Both the position numbers and the translations under genes were made by a program. Shown here in pieces: positions 22,876-28,664 of a DNA stretch of 28,664 nucleotides. Positions within the stretch are counted from its first letter, which is position 1. Each line of letters opens with the position of its first letter. The DNA comes from Macrostomum lignano (lineage: Eukaryota), in contig NIVC01002008.1 of the NCBI GenBank assembly GCA_002269645.1, positions 1 to 28,664 of the forward strand, given 5' to 3'. Under the pieces are notes generated by a model that was given only the letters and a program-made list of their open reading frames with translations, had not been told where the DNA came from and did no database searches.

Positions 22876-23043
22876 CTGAGCACACACACAAGCGCGCCAA
22901 TACTGCACGCAGGCACAGCACTCATGCACTCGCTCATGCAGGGTGTACATCGGCCCTGACTGTATAATCGTCATCTGTCCCTGACTCTTAATAGCGGCAT
23001 GATTGACACCTTCATCTCGTTTTATTACCTGTTATCTATTCAG

Positions 23044-23067
23044 CCGATGGCGACAGCGCCTCAACGC
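23044..23067 (+). CDS. Candidate 24-nt microexon of the prohormone-4-like gene
   Basis: ttatctattcag| acceptor, |gtgagc donor, phase 1-1; encodes (A)DGDSAST(R). Confidence 0.5.
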
Positions 23068-23464
23068 GTGAGCGCTTTTTCTGCTAACTTATTCTCTCGA
23101 CGCAGCCACCTTGAATACAAATTGAAGAATCTGTATTTGTACAAGCTTTCTGCTTAGATGAAAATTGTGCCTATGTATTAAGTGTCAATCACGTCTTGGA
23201 AACCTAGTGTTTGTTATGCAGCCCTTCCTTAGCTGTATATACCTATCTATAACAACCTGTATCTATCAGTGAACAGCTGTTATGCAAAACCACGTAGCCT
23301 ATTCTTGCTTCAGACATCAACAACATTTGATGATAGCCTGCGATTAGTTTGAATTTTTACTCAATCTACTCGCTTCTTTACTTTGTAAATAAAGAATTTA
23401 AGCTGCTTTTCTTCAAGCCCTGCGTGTTCTTGCATATAATATTTACTGGCTATTTCTGTACTGT

Positions 23465-23640
23465 TGTCTCCCCATCCCTGTCTCCCCATCCCTGTCTCCC
23501 CATCCCTGTCTCCCCATCCCTGTCTCCCCATCCCTGTCTCCCCATCCCTGTTTCCCCATCCCTGTCTCCCCATCCCTGTCTCCCCATCCCTGTTTCCCCA
23601 TCCCTGTCTCCCCATCCCTGTCTCTCCATCCCTATCTCAC
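23465..23640. repeat. 14-bp minisatellite (CCCCATCCCTGTCT), about 12 copies
   Basis: Direct reading. Confidence 0.95.
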
Positions 23641-23709
23641 CATCTCTACGAGCACATAAAACTCTAAAGAATCTTCAGTTAGTTAATCCAACCCGAACCA
23701 CTCAAACAG

Positions 23710-23850
23710 GTCCCATCGTGGGCAACGACTGTCCCAAGAGCGCCCCCTGGCCTTGCAAGAGCGGCCAGTGCCTGTCGTTTGCCTTCATCTGCGACGGGCG
23801 GAAGGACTGCATCGACGGATACGATGAGGACAAGGCGCTGTGCATTGCCA
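23710..23850 (+). CDS. LDL-receptor class A domain exon, prohormone-4/IDL-like secreted protein
   Basis: tcaaacag| acceptor, a|gtgagt donor. CPKSAPWPCKSGQCLSFAFICDGRKDCIDGYDEDKALC has six Cys and the acidic DCxDGxDE motif; DGYDED..LC matches prohormone-4. Confidence 0.9.
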
Positions 23851-23854
23851 GTGA

Positions 23855-23901
23855 GTGCCTGTCTGTCTGTCTGTCTGTCTGCCTGCCTGTCTGTCTGCCT
23901 A

Positions 23902-23940
<39 letters not shown>

Positions 23941-23995
23941 GCCTGTCTGCCTGTTCGTCTGTCTGTCTGTCTGCCCGCCTGTCTGTCTGCCCGCC

Positions 23996-24042
<47 letters not shown>

Positions 24043-24259
24043 GTGTCTTAGTGTCTGTCTGTCGGTCTGTCTGTTTGCTTGTCTGTTGCATACGAGCCAA
24101 TATCCGATATGCAGCGAAAACAACTTAGAAACAAATTATACTGATTGCCAATCGAACTAATATTTTGGCTTTGAAAGACTAACTGCAAAACTCTATAATA
24201 AATACAGTCTACATCCTACATACTGTCTGTCTGTCTGTCTGTCTGCCTGTCTGTCTGCC

Positions 24260-24296
<37 letters not shown>

Positions 24297-24351
24297 GCCT
24301 GTCTGTCTGCCTGTCTGCCTGTCTGTCTGTCTGTCTGTCTGTCTGTCTGCC

Positions 24352-24388
<37 letters not shown>

Positions 24389-24413
24389 GCCTGCCTGCCT
24401 GTCTGTCTGCCTA

Positions 24414-24464
<51 letters not shown>

Positions 24465-24491
24465 GCCTGTCTGTCTGCCTGTCTGTCTGCC

Positions 24492-24536
<45 letters not shown>

Positions 24537-24615
24537 GCCTGTCTGCCTGTTCGTCTGTCTGTCTGTCTGCCTGCCTGTCTGTCTGTCTGTCTGCCCGCCT
24601 GTCTGTCTGCCCGCC

Positions 24616-24672
<57 letters not shown>

Positions 24673-24699
24673 GCCTGTCTGTCTGCCTGTCTGTCTGCC

Positions 24700-24736
<37 letters not shown>

Positions 24737-24815
24737 GCCTGTCTGCCTGTTCGTCTGTCTGTCTGTCTGCCTGCCTGTCTGTCTGTCTGTCTGCCCGCCT
24801 GTCTGTCTGCCCGCC

Positions 24816-24862
<47 letters not shown>

Positions 24863-24905
24863 GTGTCTTAGTGTCTGTCTGTCGGTCTGTCTGTTTGCTT
24901 GTCTG
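23855..24905. repeat. Interrupted (GTCT)n/(GCCT) microsatellite, two blocks separated by a duplicated unique segment
   Basis: Starts directly after the LDLa exon donor; source of the QTDR/LSVC pseudo-ORFs. Confidence 0.96.
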
Positions 24906-25364
24906 TTGCATACGAGCCAATATCCGATATGCAGCGAAAACAACTTAGAAACAAATTATACTGATTGCCAATCGAACTAATATTTTGGCTTTGAAAGACT
25001 AACTGCAAAACTCTATAATAAATACAGTCTACATCATGCCTCAAGTAAGCTAGATTTTTCAGTAGAACAAGTTTTTGGCAAGCTCAGAATTTGCTACTCA
25101 ATTCTAAAGATTTTTTTCCATTTTTCACGAGGTAGCTCGAAAGGTTCAAATGGGAAAAAGGGCAGAAGGTAGAGAGGCAGGGAGCAGTGAATGCAAGATG
25201 AACTGTAGCACTCCAACTAGTCTGCCCAGTAATTGAATTAAAATAAATTGCGTTTATTGGCTTGGCACCTGTCAAATTGTCTCCCAAATTTGAATCAAAG
25301 CATTTTCAATATTTTAGGCGTCAATACTAAATTCATTTTGTCACATTTCCTACATCTCACTTCC

Positions 25365-25770
25365 GCTCCGCCTCTCACCCTTCCTCTCCGCCTCTCTCCC
25401 TTCCTCTCCGCCTCTCTCCCTTCCTCTGTGCCTCTCTCCCTTCCTCTGTGCCTCTCTCCCTTCCTCTCCGCCTCTCTCCCTTCCTCTCCGCCTCTCTCCC
25501 TTCCTCTCCGCCTCTCTCCCTTCCTCTCTGCCTCTCTCCTTTCCTCTCCGCCTCTCTCCCTTCCTCTCCGCCTCTCTCCTTTCCTCTCTGCCTCTCTCCC
25601 TTCCTCTCTGCCTCTCTCCCTTCCTCTCCGCCTCTCTCCCTTCCTCTCCGCCTCTCTGTGTCCTCTCTGTCTCTCTCTCTATTCCTCTCCGCCTCTCTGT
25701 GTCCTCTCTGTCTCTCTCTCTTGCTCTCCGCCTCTATCCCTTCCTCTCTGCCTCTCTGCCTTTATCTCTC
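25365..25770. repeat. 20-bp polypyrimidine repeat (CCTTCCTCTCCGCCTCTCTC)
   Basis: Direct reading. Confidence 0.93.
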
Positions 25771-25931
25771 CTCTTATTTCTTATATAATAAGAACTTATT
25801 TCTAATAGGTGCCTCGTATTGCGTCTCAAATTCCTTTTTGCTTTTTTTATGGTCCTTCCACGGCAAGGTGTATCGATTGCAGTTAAAGGTGCAGAGGGAC
25901 AGCCATTGCTATTCCAGTTATAGGAAATTGA

Positions 25932-26518
25932 TGCCACAACTCACAGGGTGAGATGCCACAGCTCACAGCGTGAAATGCCACAGCTCACAGGGTGAGATGC
26001 CACAGCTCACAGGGTAAGATGCCACAGCTCACAGGGTGAGATGCCACAGCTCACAGGGTGAGATGCCACAGCTCACAGGGTGAGATGCCACAGCTCACAG
26101 GGTGAGATGCCACAGCTCACAGGGTGAGATGCCACAGCTCACAGGGTGAGATGCCACAGCTCACAGGGTGAGATGCCACAGCTCACAGGGTGAGATGCCA
26201 CAGCTCACAGGGTGAGATGCCACAGCTCACAGGGTGAGATTCCACAGCTCACAGGGTGAGATGCCACAGCTCACAGGGTGAGATGCCACAGCTCACAGGG
26301 TGAGATGCCACAGCTCACAGGGTGAGATGCCACAGCTCACAGGGTGAGATGCCACAGCTCACAGGGTGAGATGCCACAGCTCACAGGGTGAGATGCCACA
26401 GCTCACAGGGTGAGATGCCACAGCTCACAGGGTGAGATGCCACAGCTCACAGGGTGAGATGCCACAGCTCACAGGGTGAGATGCCACAGCTCACAGGGTG
26501 AGATGCCACAGCTCACAA
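25932..26518. repeat. 22-bp minisatellite (GATGCCACAGCTCACAGGGTGA), about 26 copies
   Basis: Near-identical copies. Confidence 0.97.
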
Positions 26519-26780
26519 GGAGAAATTGTTGAGAATTTCAGTCTTCAGTCAGAGTTTTCTACTCTACATATCGGTAAACTTTGCTCTGCTTTGAGAAAAT
26601 CAATTGGCTGCTGTGCACCCTGTGTGAGCGTGTGCTCAGGCATCGACGGAATGGGCATGACTGCCTGCTGGCCTTCTTGCTGGCTGCTGGGACGGCCGTC
26701 GCCTTTGATTTGCGGCAGCGCACAAAACTCATCTGCACTTAGTTGCTATTACAACCATTTTTTCCTCTTAAACCTTCCAG

Positions 26781-26894
26781 AGGATCGCCCAGCCAGCATC
26801 ATTCTGAAGCACTTCATCATGCGATTCCACGACTGGCTGATCCCAAAAATCCTTGGCAACGGAACACCTGACCAGATCGCCAAGCTGCTCACGG
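26781..26894 (+). CDS. Prohormone-4-like exon
   Basis: ccttccag| acceptor, g|gtgagt donor, phase 1-1. Encodes (K)DRPASIILKHFIMRFHDWLIPKILGNGTPDQIAKLLT, resembling the AKRPP...YLEKLFG...VAIALS segment. Confidence 0.82.
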
Positions 26895-26939
26895 GTGAGT
26901 TCGAAATCCCAAACTGGCACAAAGTTTGTACAATTTCTT

Positions 26940-27215
26940 AAATCCCGAACTAATCTCAAAAAAATCACTTAAATCTCACAAATCCCGTAAATCTCGGAAA
27001 AAAGTCCTCTAAATCTCAAAAATCTCCTAAATCTCACAAATTCCTTAAATATCACAAATTCTTTAAATTTCACAAATCCCTTAAATCTCAAAAATTCCTC
27101 TAAATCTCGAAAAAAAGTCCCCCAAAATCTCTAAAAAATCCCCTAAATCTCACAAATCCCCTAAATCTCACAACTCCCCTAAATCTCACAAACCCCCTAA
27201 ATCTCAAAAAAAACC
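26940..27215. repeat. Degenerate ~17-19-bp repeat (CCCTAAATCTCACAAAT)
   Basis: Recurring AAATCTC core in the last intron of the prohormone-4-like gene. Confidence 0.8.
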
Positions 27216-27368
27216 TTGAACTGAATCGAAAATCCCAAACTTACAACATGTAAATGGCATCCCAAACTGTTGTGAAAATCCCTATAAACATTTCTAAAGA
27301 TATGAAAGGACCTTATCAAAAGTCTCGCAGACTGTTTTAAAAATCGCCAACCGTCTCAAACGCCGCAG

Positions 27369-27651
27369 AGGAGCGCAACGTCGCCGACTACGCCCAAAAG
27401 ATGAACCTGACCGAGACGCAGAAGGAGACCCTGGTTCGCGTCATGGAGTTCGCCGCGAAGGCCGCGTCCTGGACCTCGTGTACGAGAACATGCCCGAGGA
27501 CGCCTACAGGGAGACCTATGCTCTATTTGGCCGCATCGTTGAAAGCGGCTTCCTTGGCTCCGAGGAATGCGAAAGTGAAGAGCGAGCGCGGCTCTGTCAC
27601 GTGACCTCGCTGTGTCTGGTGTCACGTGATTTCTGGCGCCAACGAAGATAG
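27369..27651 (+). CDS. Prohormone-4-like last coding exon, with a 1-nt deletion near 27452-27462
   Basis: cgccgcag| acceptor, phase 1. (E)ERNVADYAQKMNLTETQKETLVRVMEFA, then after a frame change GRVLDLVYENMPEDAYRETYALFGRIVESGFL, which parallels the family C-terminus (FFLEKLVKTGFL). The stop position is less certain. Confidence 0.75.
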
Positions 27652-28291
27652 ATAAAGAAGAGACTATTAATGTCACAATCTTTACGTTTTTTGAAGTCCG
27701 GCACAGAATCAAATCGAGCGTATTTAAACAAAACTAAACGAAGAATATTGTCTCGAGCTACCGATTGTAACAAAAAAGTTACGGCTTTAATTTTCAAAAA
27801 TTCCAACTCGTTTTTTCTGTTTTTATTCGCTAATTAAACAATTCAAAAATATTAACAACTTTTTGGCATAAACAAATATCATATTCAAGTTATTATTGAA
27901 AATTAAAACGATTGGACTCGTTCACTAACTATTGCTGCAGCAGAATTTCCGTTGAGTTTTCAGAGTCTCTTTAATCTTTCTTATTAGTGGTTATAGTCGC
28001 GCCATAATCAGTCCTACACTTAGATGCAAGTAGTTTATTACTGTTAGTAAAATTCTACAAGTACCATGTAGAATCGTGCCACACTAACATCAACCGCAGA
28101 ATCCATCTCCAAGTAATATTAAAAAACAACATTTTGCCTGCCTTATTTTGCTGGCGGTCGGTTGGTCCCATGCTTCAGCCTCAAAAGAATCTGTTTTGTC
28201 TTTTAAAAAAGCGGAATATTTCGAAGCTTATTGACGATGGGGTTCGTGACTCCATCAATACATGAGTGCGCACTCTAACTAACCCTAAATG

Positions 28292-28292
28292 A

Positions 28293-28341
<49 letters not shown>

Positions 28342-28356
28342 GCCTGCCTGTCTGTT

Positions 28357-28387
<31 letters not shown>

Positions 28388-28485
28388 TGCCTCCCCCTGC
28401 CTGTCTGTTTGTCTGTCTGTCTGCCTGCTGTCTGTCTGTCTGTCTGCCTGTCTGTCTGCCGTCCTGTCTGTGTCTGTCTGTCTGC

Positions 28486-28520
<35 letters not shown>

Positions 28521-28619
28521 CTGTCTGCCTTCCTGCCTGCCTGTCTGTCTGTCTGTCTGCCTGTCTGTCTGTCTGTCTCCTGTCTGCTCTGCCTGTCTGT
28601 CTCTGTCTGTCTGCCTGTC

Positions 28620-28655
<36 letters not shown>

Positions 28656-28664
28656 GCTGCCTGT
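28292..28664. repeat. (GTCT)n microsatellite running off the window end
   Basis: Direct reading. Confidence 0.96.

Noticed and set aside
23855-24943. QTDR / LSVC repeat ORFs
   Set aside because: (GTCT)n microsatellite translations.
26940-27215. CCCTAAA units as interstitial telomere repeats
   Set aside because: They are embedded in a longer 17-19-bp unit and are not tandem hexamers or heptamers.

Overview
Eukaryotic (animal) genomic DNA with GC-rich exons and AT-rich, minisatellite-filled introns. The overall style suggests a macrostomid flatworm such as Macrostomum; this is inference, not a database result. I can reconstruct four intron-containing genes by hand, all on the + strand. (1) The 3' part of MAPK15/ERK7-8 ([18 protein letters not shown]-like motif), with two single-base frameshifts in its first visible exon. 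(2) A complete 3-exon GAPDH of 337 aa. (3) A highly divergent KDM1B/LSD2 homologue (C4H2C2 zinc finger, zf-CW, SWIRM, amine oxidase). Its FAD-binding and catalytic residues look degenerate, it carries a 7-aa repeat insert, and no in-frame ATG was found. (4) A 6-exon secreted LDLa-domain protein of the prohormone-4/IDL-like family, with a 24-nt microexon and one frameshift. Most long ORFs in the supplied track are artefacts of about 15 different tandem repeats. Mobile elements include an 899-bp PIF/Harbinger-type non-autonomous element with perfect 18-bp TIRs and a CTG TSD, a 116-bp related MITE, and a head-to-head pair of tRNA-derived SINE pieces, one with a CORE-like domain. There are no prokaryotic features, rRNA or CRISPR arrays. 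All alignments to known proteins are from memory and need confirmation by search.
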